A DNA stretch of 54,328 nucleotides, taken from NCBI GenBank assembly GCA_965603595.1, contig CBFDDP010000005.1, forward strand, positions 1 through 54,328, given 5' to 3'. This DNA is from an uncultured bacterium (GTDB taxonomy: Bacteria > Spirochaetota > B62-G9 > DRHN01). Both the position numbers and the translations under genes were made by a program. Positions 10,301-19,200 of the stretch are shown one piece after another. Under the pieces are notes generated by a model that was not told where the DNA came from, did no database searches, and worked only from the letters and a program-made list of their open reading frames with translations. How positions within the stretch are numbered: the first letter of the stretch is position 1; every line of letters begins with the position of its first letter.

Positions 10301-10669
10301 GCCTTTACCCAGCTTTGTTACCTCTTCGGAGACCTCCTCCTTAAGCCCTTTCAGTTTCTCCAGTTCCCGCTTCACCCCCTCGAGCTCAATGCGCTCGCTC
10401 TGCAACTGTACACTGGTTTTACCAAGATTATCCCGAGATGATTCGATGCTGTTCAGGAGGGCCTCAGCCCGCGCCACCACTCGCTCGAGCTCGCCCATCT
10501 GACCTTTCAGCTCTTCCCGTTTCTTTCCGAGAAAGAGGTTAAAGTCTTCTGAAAGCTTCTCTGCATACTTCTTGAACTTGTTGAAGTTGATCGTTCTTTT
10601 GTCAAGTCTGCGGAAGAAGAGAATGAGAATGAGAGATACAAAAATGGTGACAAAGGGCCAGTAACTCAT
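7373..10669 (-). CDS. SpiroCoCo-family membrane-anchored giant coiled-coil protein with C-terminal HTH
   Basis: N-terminal TM then RRLDK...KFKKYAEK, about 1000 aa of E/K/R-rich heptads, C-terminal WTIPEIC...SRGEVELILEL helix-turn-helix. Confidence 0.75.
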   Translation of the reverse strand: MSYWPFVTIFVSLILILFFRRLDKRTINFNKFKKYAEKLSEDFNLFLGKKREELKGQMGELERVVARAEALLNSIESSRDNLGKTSVQLQSERIELEGVKRELEKLKGLKEEVSEEVTKLGKGLPSLKSLSKQVDKITIDIAENEKALRNASAIIPTIEKRVQERSDKALEEFSGIIAEEARGRMGNLIDEYRQNLEMLSGTGTRELEQFKRETQDIMARANESITGLMDAVQSCRERVKGVEEGRLLTVERRINELGDLVTEAHKKIETVGGEAVNSFLGRAEDGYRKYVGLLEESRESLKADIYQKVESQAKDLSAYVTRLEGRVQSLLQSIKDETDKYGEVLSLNAKAHQSEAEMLKDRVVAEINEEANKNLLLIKPIVTEMNEKLVAYKKEFAALYNAMKSKLQSQQDEIRGQIESFGGEVENRKQALIENLQVPVREVRVQLSTITEQIERSVGEAASSVREGFVSRLREYGEHIHTLEGRIGDLKNIADTGQEMIEQRIDSVFKTYRPEIEAKIVSLREETEEIYSREREQIVERIGSIINESDSALQEREQQITEYMGRVDERLHVSEEKLGSQEERLTENVNRVRIEARQELVRELESLKTLFKEERDRSFERFKVELAGIQEKIEEVNGRVDGISDMVEVKIDEAMSSVDGSVREIETSYLKTGNQLKDRLQNSIDGINSEVEEIREKVDGMKEKVLGDVSDALEYFRSDVEKEIGGSRELIYEKGRELQELVTSLAGGAKADLEASHGEAEKTLRGFEIEVAEVQDRVEKRVGDIERRIDEFERESTVLKRAIRFKEKVEEDIERFSDIMMQLKEDKKDILSMRKVIDNLKRDEGDISAKVRQLKSEKKLVQDIAKNAEQAIGLITVVDEKIKLIEGERELLERIESGMRDIDSRFGDLKDRAEKLMSMEKDIEISIDTVTKTKEFIASLEQRTELLNDNLKGLRDREEDLKSKVSLIDEKTGSLLNYESRIEEVLSRFKEMDSLVADIEERSKQLQSTREWLARTESRLTNLTKDAERLVGEMQSAGGPDDDRRASKDRPTLLSRESESKVKTVLTLFEQKWTIPEICKVTKMSRGEVELILELNKR

Positions 10670-10811
10670 ATTCCCCTCCCGTGCTCCACCCGGATGCAGA
10701 GCACCATTTTCCTAACCTTATCGTAGCTAACTCAAAAGGTCAATTCATTTTACGGGAACTGGAGATGCCAGGCAAGACAACGCTGCACCCCTTCGTTCGC
10801 GGCACGCTGTG

Positions 10812-10851
10812 AAAAAAAACCTGCATCAGGAGGGATACATCCTGCTGCAGG
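10812..10851 (-). terminator. Intrinsic terminator after nifJ
   Basis: Minus strand CCTGCAGCAGGA-tgtatccc-TCCTGATGCAGG followed by T8. Confidence 0.8.
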
Positions 10852-10904
10852 GTATCAGTGACAGAACTACACTGTGATGTTTGTATCAGCGTATATCTTC
10901 TCCT

Positions 10905-13900
10905 CTAGTAGCTCATCTCTGCCAGATGCTTGTACAGATCGTAACGCCGGGCGGCATCGGCTCGAGCTGTTTCGAGATACTCGACGGCTTTCTCAGGATT
11001 GGTCTGCTTCAGTGCCCTGAATCTGAGTTCGCCGTACATGTAGTCACCTATGTCGAGTGACGGTTCCTTGGAATCAAGGGTCAGGGGGTTCTTGCCCTCC
11101 TTCGCACGCATCGGGTTGAACCGGTAGAGCGGGAAATGGCCCGACTTCACCGCCTTTTTCTGATTCTCAATACCGTTGGACATATCGATACCATGGGCAA
11201 TACAGTGCGTGTATGCGATGATAAGTGAGGGTCCCGGATAGGCGTCTGCCTCATTGAGGGCCCTGACTGCCTGATTCATATTCGCTCCCATTGCAATGCA
11301 CGCCACATAGGCCCTTCCGTAGGTCATGGCCATCATACCGAGATCCTTTTTCCCGATCGGCTTTCCAGCCTCAGCAAAGCGTGCAATCGCCCCGATGGGT
11401 GTGGATTTTGACATCTGCCCGCCCGTATTGGAGTAGACCTCCGTGTCAAGGACCAGGATGTTCACATCCCGTTCCGATGCAAGCACATGATCCACACCGC
11501 CGTACCCAATGTCATAGGCCCATCCGTCACCGCCGAAGGCCCATATGGAGCGCTTTATCAAATAATCGGCAAGGCTCCGAAGGTGCTCCAGGTCGCTGTC
11601 GCTGGCCTTTTCGAGGGATTTTTTGAGCTTGATGACACGCTGACGCTGTGCCTCGATTTCTTCCGGCGTTGTCTGATCCGACTGAAGTATCTTCTTCAAG
11701 AGGGAGCCGTCAACACCGGGCTTTTTTTCCTTTACGGCCTTCTGGGCGAGCTCGAGCGCATGCTGCTGAAGTTTGTCGGAGCTGAGCCGCATACCCATGG
11801 CAAACTCTGCCGCATCTTCGAAGAGAGAGTTCGACCAGACCGGCCCCCTGCCGTCATCCCGCGTGGTATAGGGTGTGGTGGGCAGATTTCCTCCGTATAT
11901 GGAGGAGCAGCCCGTTGCATTGCCTATGATGGCACGGTCGCCGAAGAGCTGTGAGATGAGTTTAACCACCGGCGTTTCGCCGCAGCCCGCACAGGCACCC
12001 GAAAACTCGAACAGCGTGGGAAGAAGCTGCGATCCAATAATGGATGTTCGAGGCATGAGTGACGGATCAGTATTGGGAATACTGAGGAAGAAGTCCCAGT
12101 TTTGGGCCTCCTGCTTTCTCAGGGGTATCTGAGGCTCCATCATGAGAGCCCTTTCACCGGTCGGTTTTCCGTCTACCTTCTTCTGGCCGGGACAGATATT
12201 CGCACACTGCCTGCATCCCGTGCAGTCTTCCGGTGCGACCTGCACGGTAAATTTCATACCCTGCATCTTCTTCGCCCGCGCATCCACGGATTTGAAGGCC
12301 TGGGGAGCCTTCTTCAGATGGTCCTTGTCATAGAACTTGATGCGTATCGATGCATGGGGGCAGACCAGTGAGCACTGCCCGCACTGTATACAGAGGTTCG
12401 GACTCCAGACGGGGATCTCGTCAGCAACATTCCTCTTTTCATACTTCGTGGTACCTGTTGGGTATGTCCCGTCATCGGGCAGGAGAGAGACAGGGAGTCT
12501 GTCACCCCTGCCGGCAATGATCTCACCCGTAACCTTCTTCACGAAATCTGTAGCCGAATCGGGAACTACGGGGAGCATGTGTTTCTTCGACGTTACCTTG
12601 TCGGGGTATACCACTTCCTCAACACTCTCGATCGCCGTATCAACCGCCTTCATGTTCATGTCGATGATATTCTGGCCCTTCTTCCCGTAGGATTTCACAA
12701 TGGCTTCCTGGATGAGCTCAATGGCCCGGTCCTTCGGAATAACACCGGAAATCATGAAGAATGCAGTCTGCATGATGGTGTTGATGCGGGCACCGAGCCC
12801 CAGTTTCTGGGCAATATCCACCGCATTGATGACGTAAAAGGTGCTGTTCTTCTTTATAATCTGCTCCTGCACCTCAGCGGGCAGCTCATCCCACACCTCA
12901 TCCTTCGAGAAGGGTGAGTTGAGAAGGAACACGCCGTCCTTTTCCAGTTTTGAAAGCATATCGTACTTCTCGACAAAGGAGAACTTGTGACAGGCAAGGA
13001 AGTTTGCCTTGCTGACCAGATAGGTGCTCCGTATGCGGTCTTCGCCGAAACGGAGATGGCTCACCGTCACCGCACCGGCCTTCTTGGAATCATACACAAA
13101 GTACCCCTGAGCGTAGTTGGGGGTTGCATCTGCGATAATCTTGATGGAGTTCTTGTTCGCACCGACCGTTCCGTCAGAACCCAGTCCATAGAACATTGCA
13201 CGGTGTACGCCTTTCCCCTCTGTGGAAAAGTTCTCGTCCCACGGGAGACTCAAATCAGTTACATCATCCACGATTCCAACGGTGAAGTGGTTTTTGGGCT
13301 TTGATTCCTTCAGATTGTCGAACACGGACCTGGCCATACCGGCGTTGAACTCTGCCGAACCGAGACCGTATCGTCCCCCCAGGATCTTCGGATACTCCTT
13401 GAATGACGCCCATCCCTCACTCATGGCCTCACCCACAGCTGTCCGCACATCCTCATAGAGCGGCTCACCGATTGAACCGGGTTCCTTGGTACGGTCTAAG
13501 ACAGCTATTCCCTTTACCGTTGCAGGAATGGCAGCGACAAAATCTTTTACACTAAAGGGTCTGAATAACCGTACTTTTACGACACCTACTTTTTCACCTT
13601 TGGCATTCAGATAATCCACCACTTCTTCCATGGTCTCCGCGCCCGATCCCATGAGTATAACGATCCTGTCGGCATCGGGTGCACCCACGTAGTCGAAGAG
13701 ATAATACTGTCTCCCCGTCAGCTTCGCAAACTTGTCCATATACTCCTGCACGATACCCGGCACGGCCTGATAGTAGCTGTTCACCGTCTCACGGGCTGTG
13801 AAGAACACATCCGGGTTCTGTGAGGTGCCCCTTATCGTCGGGTTCTCCGGGTTGAGGCCCCGCAGTCGATGGGCGATGACGTACTCATCATCGATCATCT

Positions 13901-14477
13901 CCCTCATGTCATCGTAGGTAAGCTGTTCGATCTTCTGTATCTCATGGGAGAGACGAAATCCATCGAAGAAATGGAGAAAAGGGACTCTCGACTTCAGTGT
14001 TGATGCCTGAGCTATGATTGCAGTGTCCATGATTTCCTGAATGGACGATGAGGGCATCAGGGCAAATCCTGTACCACGGACAGACATGACGTCCGAGTGA
14101 TCGCCAAATATGGAGAGAGCCTGACAGGCCACGGCACGGGCAGTTACATGGAAAACCGTCGGGCACAGCTCTCCGGCTATCTTGTACATGTTCGGGATCA
14201 TGAGCAGCAGGCCCTGCGAAGCCGTATACGTGGTTGTCAGGGCACCGGTGGTCAGTGCGCCGTGAACCGCACCCGCAGCCCCGGCTTCCGACTGCATCTC
14301 AGTCACCGAGGGGATGGTTCCCCAGATATTTTTTCTCCCCTTCGCTGACCATGCGTCGGACAGTTCCCCGATTGAGGAGGATGGCGTAATCGGATATATT
14401 GCAATAACCTCATTCACCGCATGGGCAACATAGGCCACAGCCGTGTTGCCGTCCATCGGTACCATTTCTCTCTGCAT
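10905..14477 (-). CDS. nifJ: Pyruvate:ferredoxin (flavodoxin) oxidoreductase, homodimeric
   Basis: YPITPS, EMQSEAGA, two CxxCxxCxxxCP clusters, GACAGCGE, GGDGWAYDIG. Start moved to ATG 14477 (MQREMVPMDGN), which has RBS GAGAGG. Confidence 0.97.
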   Translation of the reverse strand: MQREMVPMDGNTAVAYVAHAVNEVIAIYPITPSSSIGELSDAWSAKGRKNIWGTIPSVTEMQSEAGAAGAVHGALTTGALTTTYTASQGLLLMIPNMYKIAGELCPTVFHVTARAVACQALSIFGDHSDVMSVRGTGFALMPSSSIQEIMDTAIIAQASTLKSRVPFLHFFDGFRLSHEIQKIEQLTYDDMREMIDDEYVIAHRLRGLNPENPTIRGTSQNPDVFFTARETVNSYYQAVPGIVQEYMDKFAKLTGRQYYLFDYVGAPDADRIVILMGSGAETMEEVVDYLNAKGEKVGVVKVRLFRPFSVKDFVAAIPATVKGIAVLDRTKEPGSIGEPLYEDVRTAVGEAMSEGWASFKEYPKILGGRYGLGSAEFNAGMARSVFDNLKESKPKNHFTVGIVDDVTDLSLPWDENFSTEGKGVHRAMFYGLGSDGTVGANKNSIKIIADATPNYAQGYFVYDSKKAGAVTVSHLRFGEDRIRSTYLVSKANFLACHKFSFVEKYDMLSKLEKDGVFLLNSPFSKDEVWDELPAEVQEQIIKKNSTFYVINAVDIAQKLGLGARINTIMQTAFFMISGVIPKDRAIELIQEAIVKSYGKKGQNIIDMNMKAVDTAIESVEEVVYPDKVTSKKHMLPVVPDSATDFVKKVTGEIIAGRGDRLPVSLLPDDGTYPTGTTKYEKRNVADEIPVWSPNLCIQCGQCSLVCPHASIRIKFYDKDHLKKAPQAFKSVDARAKKMQGMKFTVQVAPEDCTGCRQCANICPGQKKVDGKPTGERALMMEPQIPLRKQEAQNWDFFLSIPNTDPSLMPRTSIIGSQLLPTLFEFSGACAGCGETPVVKLISQLFGDRAIIGNATGCSSIYGGNLPTTPYTTRDDGRGPVWSNSLFEDAAEFAMGMRLSSDKLQQHALELAQKAVKEKKPGVDGSLLKKILQSDQTTPEEIEAQRQRVIKLKKSLEKASDSDLEHLRSLADYLIKRSIWAFGGDGWAYDIGYGGVDHVLASERDVNILVLDTEVYSNTGGQMSKSTPIGAIARFAEAGKPIGKKDLGMMAMTYGRAYVACIAMGANMNQAVRALNEADAYPGPSLIIAYTHCIAHGIDMSNGIENQKKAVKSGHFPLYRFNPMRAKEGKNPLTLDSKEPSLDIGDYMYGELRFRALKQTNPEKAVEYLETARADAARRYDLYKHLAEMSY

Positions 14478-14512
14478 TGTATACCTCTCTCGCACAAGGC
14501 TTGGTGCCAAAG

Positions 14513-14549
14513 TTGTGTACATTTTAATAATATTTCTATAGGCAATCAA
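14513..14549 (-). promoter_or_regulatory. sigma70 promoter of nifJ with overlapping Rex-like operator
   Basis: TTGATT-17-TAAAAT (14549-14521); TTGTGTACATTTTAATAA (14513-14530) matches TTGTGAA-N4-TTCACAA at 11/14. Confidence 0.5.
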
Positions 14550-14684
14550 GCGGAATTGGGAACATGCCGCTCCATCGAACCGGCACTTCCTGTAGCTCCT
14601 GATACGTGAAGGGGGACGGAGTGAACTGCTTCCATGTCCTCGCCCGGGCCTGTTAACATGAGATCCCGCAGTTGGGGAGGGCCT

Positions 14685-15113
14685 TTAACTCGAACGGAGA
14701 TACTTCACGAGGGTAAGCCTGTTTATGCGGTTCCCTATATAGTCATAGTGAATCTCATCCATCATTTCCTTCATGATATAGACGCCGAGTCCACGTTCCT
14801 TGGACCGTGAGAAGTGGTCGTTGATATCCACATCATCCTGCTCGATGGGGTTGAACCTGTGCCCCTCGTGCTCGTAGATGACGATGAACTTCTCATTCTC
14901 TTTCCTGCATTCGACGGTGAATCCCCGGTCCTCACCACTCCCCATTCCATGCTCGATAATATTGGCACACCACTCGTCGCAGGAAATCTCCACTCTTGTA
15001 ATGTCCGACTCGTCAGCCCCAGCTTCCTTTGCCTTACCGGAAATGAAATTTCGGGCCTTTGAGAGATTTATGAGATCTGATTCAAGATAAATCTTTTCGT
15101 CCTTCATCAACAC
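14685..15113 (-). CDS. RsbW/SpoIIAB-like anti-sigma factor (HATPase_c_2)
   Basis: DEWCANIIEHG N-box, RGLGVYIM, MMDEIHY, NRLTLVK. Confidence 0.85.
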   Translation of the reverse strand: MLMKDEKIYLESDLINLSKARNFISGKAKEAGADESDITRVEISCDEWCANIIEHGMGSGEDRGFTVECRKENEKFIVIYEHEGHRFNPIEQDDVDINDHFSRSKERGLGVYIMKEMMDEIHYDYIGNRINRLTLVKYLRSS

Positions 15114-15134
15114 ACTCCAGCAATCCGGGTACTC

Positions 15135-15695
15135 CTATGCCGGTGCGACCGTCCCCTGCTCATCGATCTTAATGATGCCGCTGCAGCCCGAACATCTGTA
15201 TTTGCCTGGCTTTGAAGCCTTGAGTTTCTTAGCGCAGTGAGGACATTCGAATATCAGTGGGAATAAGGATGTTGACCCTGCCTCTGCTGCAGCCGGGCCG
15301 CCTGCCGGCGCCCCTATACCCGTACCCTCAAGCGTACCGAGTGCTGAATCGAGATCATCGGCAATTTTAAAAAACTTCGTAAACCCGAGGAGTTGAAAAA
15401 CATCGAGCACCTTGTTTTGAAGCCCGAAGAACACCATGTCTCCTTTTTTCTGTTTCAGGTTCTTCAGAAATGCGGTGAAGGCCCCAATGCCTGTACTGCT
15501 GATATAGTTGAGTCCATTGCAGTTGAAGATTATTCGGTTGATGCCCGAATCAATAAGTTGATTTACGTGCATCTGAAATTCGGGCGAATTGTAGGTATCG
15601 AGATAACCCGTCAGTATAAGCTGTACCGTCTTCCCGTCACCACCAACTTGCATGGGAGTGATTTTCAGGGAATCTTTGATAATGATCTCTTCCAC
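15135..15695 (-). CDS. STAS anti-sigma-factor antagonist with C-terminal Zn ribbon
   Basis: GYLDTYNS, LNYISSTGIG (phosphoacceptor Ser), VFQLLGF; C-terminal FPLIFECPHC...YRCSGC. Confidence 0.9.
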   Translation of the reverse strand: MEEIIIKDSLKITPMQVGGDGKTVQLILTGYLDTYNSPEFQMHVNQLIDSGINRIIFNCNGLNYISSTGIGAFTAFLKNLKQKKGDMVFFGLQNKVLDVFQLLGFTKFFKIADDLDSALGTLEGTGIGAPAGGPAAAEAGSTSLFPLIFECPHCAKKLKASKPGKYRCSGCSGIIKIDEQGTVAPA

Positions 15696-15769
15696 GCCCC
15701 ATCCTCTGTTACTCAGTAGTATAAATCAAATATATATTCTTTTGCAAATAATTCCTAATAACAAACCCC

Positions 15770-18700
15770 TCACTTGAGTTTCATGACCATGAGCGTCATA
15801 TCATCGAACTGCTCGGCGTCACCCATGAAGGATACTACGTCGTCCACAATGGCATTGGCAATGTCCTTTGAACTCTCTTCAGCAACATTGGGGATAAAAT
15901 TCGAGAGCCTGGCCATGCCGTACTCCTCCTTAACCTCATTTCGTGCCTCGAGAATGCCGTCGGTAAGCAGATACAGTGAATCCCCGCTCTGCAGGCGAAT
16001 CGGTTTCTCCTCCGAGTATTCCACATCAGGCATGACGCCGATGGGGATCGAGCCCGACGGCGGGTTCACCTGATAGCAGAGGCCCTTGTTTTGCTTGAAA
16101 ATCATGAGTGGGCCGTATCCGGCATTGGTGTAGCGGAACACCCCGTTTTTGAGGTTGTAGGTCCCAAACAACAGAGTGGCGAATCGGTCGCTTGAGATAT
16201 CGGCCGACAGCGTGCTGTTCATAAGTGTCACCACCCGCGCAGGGTCCTGTACTCCCGAGTTGATGAGCGACTTAAAATTCGTCCTGATCATGATCATCAT
16301 GAGTGAAGCGGGAACTCCCTTGCCGGCAACATCGCTTATGATGACACCGTAGATCCCGTTGCCGATCTCGATGAAATCGTAGTAATCACCCCCCACACCG
16401 GCAGCAGCTTTGTAGAATCCATCGATACTCAGTCTATCGCTTTCTATGCCCGACCCCGGGATCATACTCTGCTGTATGTTTCGTGCGATATCGAGCTGCT
16501 CGTCGAGCTTTGCCTTTTTTTCCATCTCCTGCTGATAGATAAGCAGCCGATCGGTCATGCGGTTGAATTCATGGGCGAGCATGCCTATCTCATCACGGGT
16601 CTTTACCTCTATCTTGTGTTCCAGGTTCCCACTTCCGATGATGTTTGCGCCATTTGAAAGGATTTTGATCGGTTTAATGGTGACGGTTGCCATGATGATC
16701 GCACCGATCACACCAACGATTATGGTGAGTATGGTAATAATGATGGTGTAGTTTCGGCTGCTGCGCCTCAATTCCCCTATGGTTCTGTTAATTGTTCCTG
16801 TCGAATACCCGAGCTGTACCGTGCCAATCCGCTGTTCCGCAAAAACCACAGGCGAAGCCAAATGATACTGATCGGCAAGGTCGTCAGGTGAAAAGGCCGG
16901 TTCAATGAGCGCCTCGCCGCTGAGGGATGCTCGACGGGTAAAATCGTCATGGAGTACAGTTCCCTGCTGGCCCAGATCAGAGTGAGCGAACACACGGTTT
17001 CCCGTGTCGAGCACTGAGATGTACACGATGTCATCGTTTTCCATGGTCTTTGCTATTTGGGTGAAAAGAGGGACTGCGTCATTGTCGATGATACTGTCGC
17101 TGGCAACATTGACCATGTTTTCAAGGGAGAGATTGGCCTTCTCGATCATCTGCTGTGCAAGTGCCCGTCTCTCATGATTGATTGTGAAATAGCTCAGCAC
17201 GGCGCTGATCCCGAGCGTCAGCAGCAGGATCAGAACGCCGATGAGCAGGCTGAATTTAAAACGCAGTCCAAAATGGACCTTTTCTCCAGTTTCCATGACA
17301 TTTCCCTCTCTCACCGCTCTGTATCGCTCAATAGCTCCAGCGGTTATATAAAAAGTTATGAAAAAGAGGCCTCCAAGCAGTATGTACAGCAATATATTGA
17401 GAAACCGATGGGCCTGAAAGCGGTACCCCCCAACCAGCCACGGCGGTGCTGTGACGATCTCCGGCTTTTCCTCCCTCTGAATGACGGGAGATCTCAGCTT
17501 GAACGCCAGGCGCGACGTACCACTCACATTGCCCGCACGATCGATTGCCGCAACCTGAAAATACCAACTGCCATCCTTTAGGGACTGAAACTGCCGATAC
17601 CTCCGCGCAGTCCGGATGGGGGCACTCGAGATGTTTACCTTTTTCCTGGTGAGACGGTAATTGTAGCCGATCACATCCCGACCCTTGGAGGACCACTCGA
17701 TCCGGGGTGAATCGCCCTCGAAATACCCATTCTTATCAAGGCTGAGCTCCGACAAAACCGGCGGTGATGGCGGCGTCAGGTCGATGTGGAAGGAGGAGGT
17801 GTGGGTGGGTGAGATGTTTCCCGCATTGTCCTTTGCTCTGAGATGCAGATACCAAATACCCTCCTCGTCCCCCCTGAGCTTGATGCTGTGCACACTGGAG
17901 GAGACATTGACGATTTCTGGTTCGAACTTCTCGTCCCTGTTGAAGGCGTAGAGATATCCCTCGATACCTGCAGGATCCTCAGGTGGATCCCAGTGCACGA
18001 TAAGGCCGCGCCTTCCGATATATTTGCTGACCGGTTTCTTGATGCGTGGAGCTGCAGCCCTATGGTCCGGCCCTGTACGGGCAATACCGGCAGTATCATG
18101 CCAGAACAGATGCAACTCGTTTTCTCTGTATAGGGGCACGTGATCGATCACGTTCGCCTTGAGCTGGCCGAGAGGTTCTCCCTCCTCAAACTGTCCATCA
18201 TGACCGCTTGCGTGGTACGGGTTTCCCCTTCCCGTTCTTTCATCGATATAAAAGACGTGCAAGGTGTCGCCAACCCACAGTATACGCGGCTCCCGGGCAT
18301 TGGAAATGGGGGGGGTTATCCGCAGGGGGTCCGTAAGGGGGAAGCCTCTGAGGTCAAACTCCTGATAGTATATACCCCGCGTTCCCTCCCTATCGCTCTG
18401 CCACACAAGTATCAATCGGTCCCCGCGTTCGCTCATCTGTGGCCGTTCGTTCTCCCACACCGTACTCTCGGTCAAATTCAGCGGCTCCGACCACTCACCG
18501 CCCAACTGGTCCATCCATGAAAGATATACATCGAAGACGGGCGCCCGTTGCTCAGATAAGGGCCTCGATTGCCAGGCCACATAGTATCTGCCCTTGCAGT
18601 AGAGAAAGGCGGGAAAAAAGGAACCGGAAAAATCACCCGACACCCGGTACCCTTTTGACCAGGTTTTTCCCCGATTGGAGGAGAGGGCATAGTAAAAATC

Positions 18701-19198
18701 CACCCGTCTGCCCTCGCTCTCCGTATGATAGAAGAGCATCAGATTCCTTCCACTCAGATGAATCGAGGGGTCGAAACTGTACACGCCGGACTCTACCACC
18801 CTTCTTGCCGCAGTCCAGGTCAATCCACTATCCGCACTCTCAGTGAGATAAATATTTCCCTGCAGTGTATTCCAAACCAGAAAGAGGTCTTCGCCCCAGC
18901 GAACCACATCGAAGTGCGGGTAGAAACCCTCCTCAACCTCAATCCCCTCAACAATGGGATCAGGCCCGCTGAATTCTCTGAGGTCTCCGGATCGGTAGTA
19001 CTGTATCGCTGCACCACCTCCTGTCCTTTTCATAAAGAAGACCAGAAAGGTTTTTCCGGTATCGATTATTCGCACATCGGAATAGGTGGATGATTTGGTG
19101 TTCTGCTGAAAATAGGAAGGCGTATCCCATTGATAGGCCAGGGCTGTTGTGTTCAACAGACAAAACAGAACTGTGCAGATAAAAGGGGTCTTTCTCAT
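15770..19198 (-). CDS. SpoIIE/PP2C sensor phosphatase with BNR beta-propeller, Ig/FN3-like domains and HAMP
   Basis: Signal peptide; Asp-boxes SADSGLTW and SSNRGKTW; two WY.....A.D.AGN.S repeats; 3 TMs; HAMP (DEIGMLA..FNRM); VGGDYYD, DVAGKG, TDG, DDMT. Confidence 0.9.
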   Translation of the reverse strand: MRKTPFICTVLFCLLNTTALAYQWDTPSYFQQNTKSSTYSDVRIIDTGKTFLVFFMKRTGGGAAIQYYRSGDLREFSGPDPIVEGIEVEEGFYPHFDVVRWGEDLFLVWNTLQGNIYLTESADSGLTWTAARRVVESGVYSFDPSIHLSGRNLMLFYHTESEGRRVDFYYALSSNRGKTWSKGYRVSGDFSGSFFPAFLYCKGRYYVAWQSRPLSEQRAPVFDVYLSWMDQLGGEWSEPLNLTESTVWENERPQMSERGDRLILVWQSDREGTRGIYYQEFDLRGFPLTDPLRITPPISNAREPRILWVGDTLHVFYIDERTGRGNPYHASGHDGQFEEGEPLGQLKANVIDHVPLYRENELHLFWHDTAGIARTGPDHRAAAPRIKKPVSKYIGRRGLIVHWDPPEDPAGIEGYLYAFNRDEKFEPEIVNVSSSVHSIKLRGDEEGIWYLHLRAKDNAGNISPTHTSSFHIDLTPPSPPVLSELSLDKNGYFEGDSPRIEWSSKGRDVIGYNYRLTRKKVNISSAPIRTARRYRQFQSLKDGSWYFQVAAIDRAGNVSGTSRLAFKLRSPVIQREEKPEIVTAPPWLVGGYRFQAHRFLNILLYILLGGLFFITFYITAGAIERYRAVREGNVMETGEKVHFGLRFKFSLLIGVLILLLTLGISAVLSYFTINHERRALAQQMIEKANLSLENMVNVASDSIIDNDAVPLFTQIAKTMENDDIVYISVLDTGNRVFAHSDLGQQGTVLHDDFTRRASLSGEALIEPAFSPDDLADQYHLASPVVFAEQRIGTVQLGYSTGTINRTIGELRRSSRNYTIIITILTIIVGVIGAIIMATVTIKPIKILSNGANIIGSGNLEHKIEVKTRDEIGMLAHEFNRMTDRLLIYQQEMEKKAKLDEQLDIARNIQQSMIPGSGIESDRLSIDGFYKAAAGVGGDYYDFIEIGNGIYGVIISDVAGKGVPASLMMIMIRTNFKSLINSGVQDPARVVTLMNSTLSADISSDRFATLLFGTYNLKNGVFRYTNAGYGPLMIFKQNKGLCYQVNPPSGSIPIGVMPDVEYSEEKPIRLQSGDSLYLLTDGILEARNEVKEEYGMARLSNFIPNVAEESSKDIANAIVDDVVSFMGDAEQFDDMTLMVMKLK

Positions 19199-19200
19199 GA

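Noticed and set aside
7767-10502. Long Ser-rich + strand ORFs (e.g. 7767-8477, 9840-10502) and similar shadow ORFs throughout
   Set aside because: Antisense shadows of real genes in GC-rich coding sequence, with no motifs or RBS.
14615-14660. CAGG...GGAAGCAG on the minus strand, resembling the SRP RNA core
   Set aside because: The spacer is too long, the GNRA-capped stem is absent and there is no long enclosing helix.
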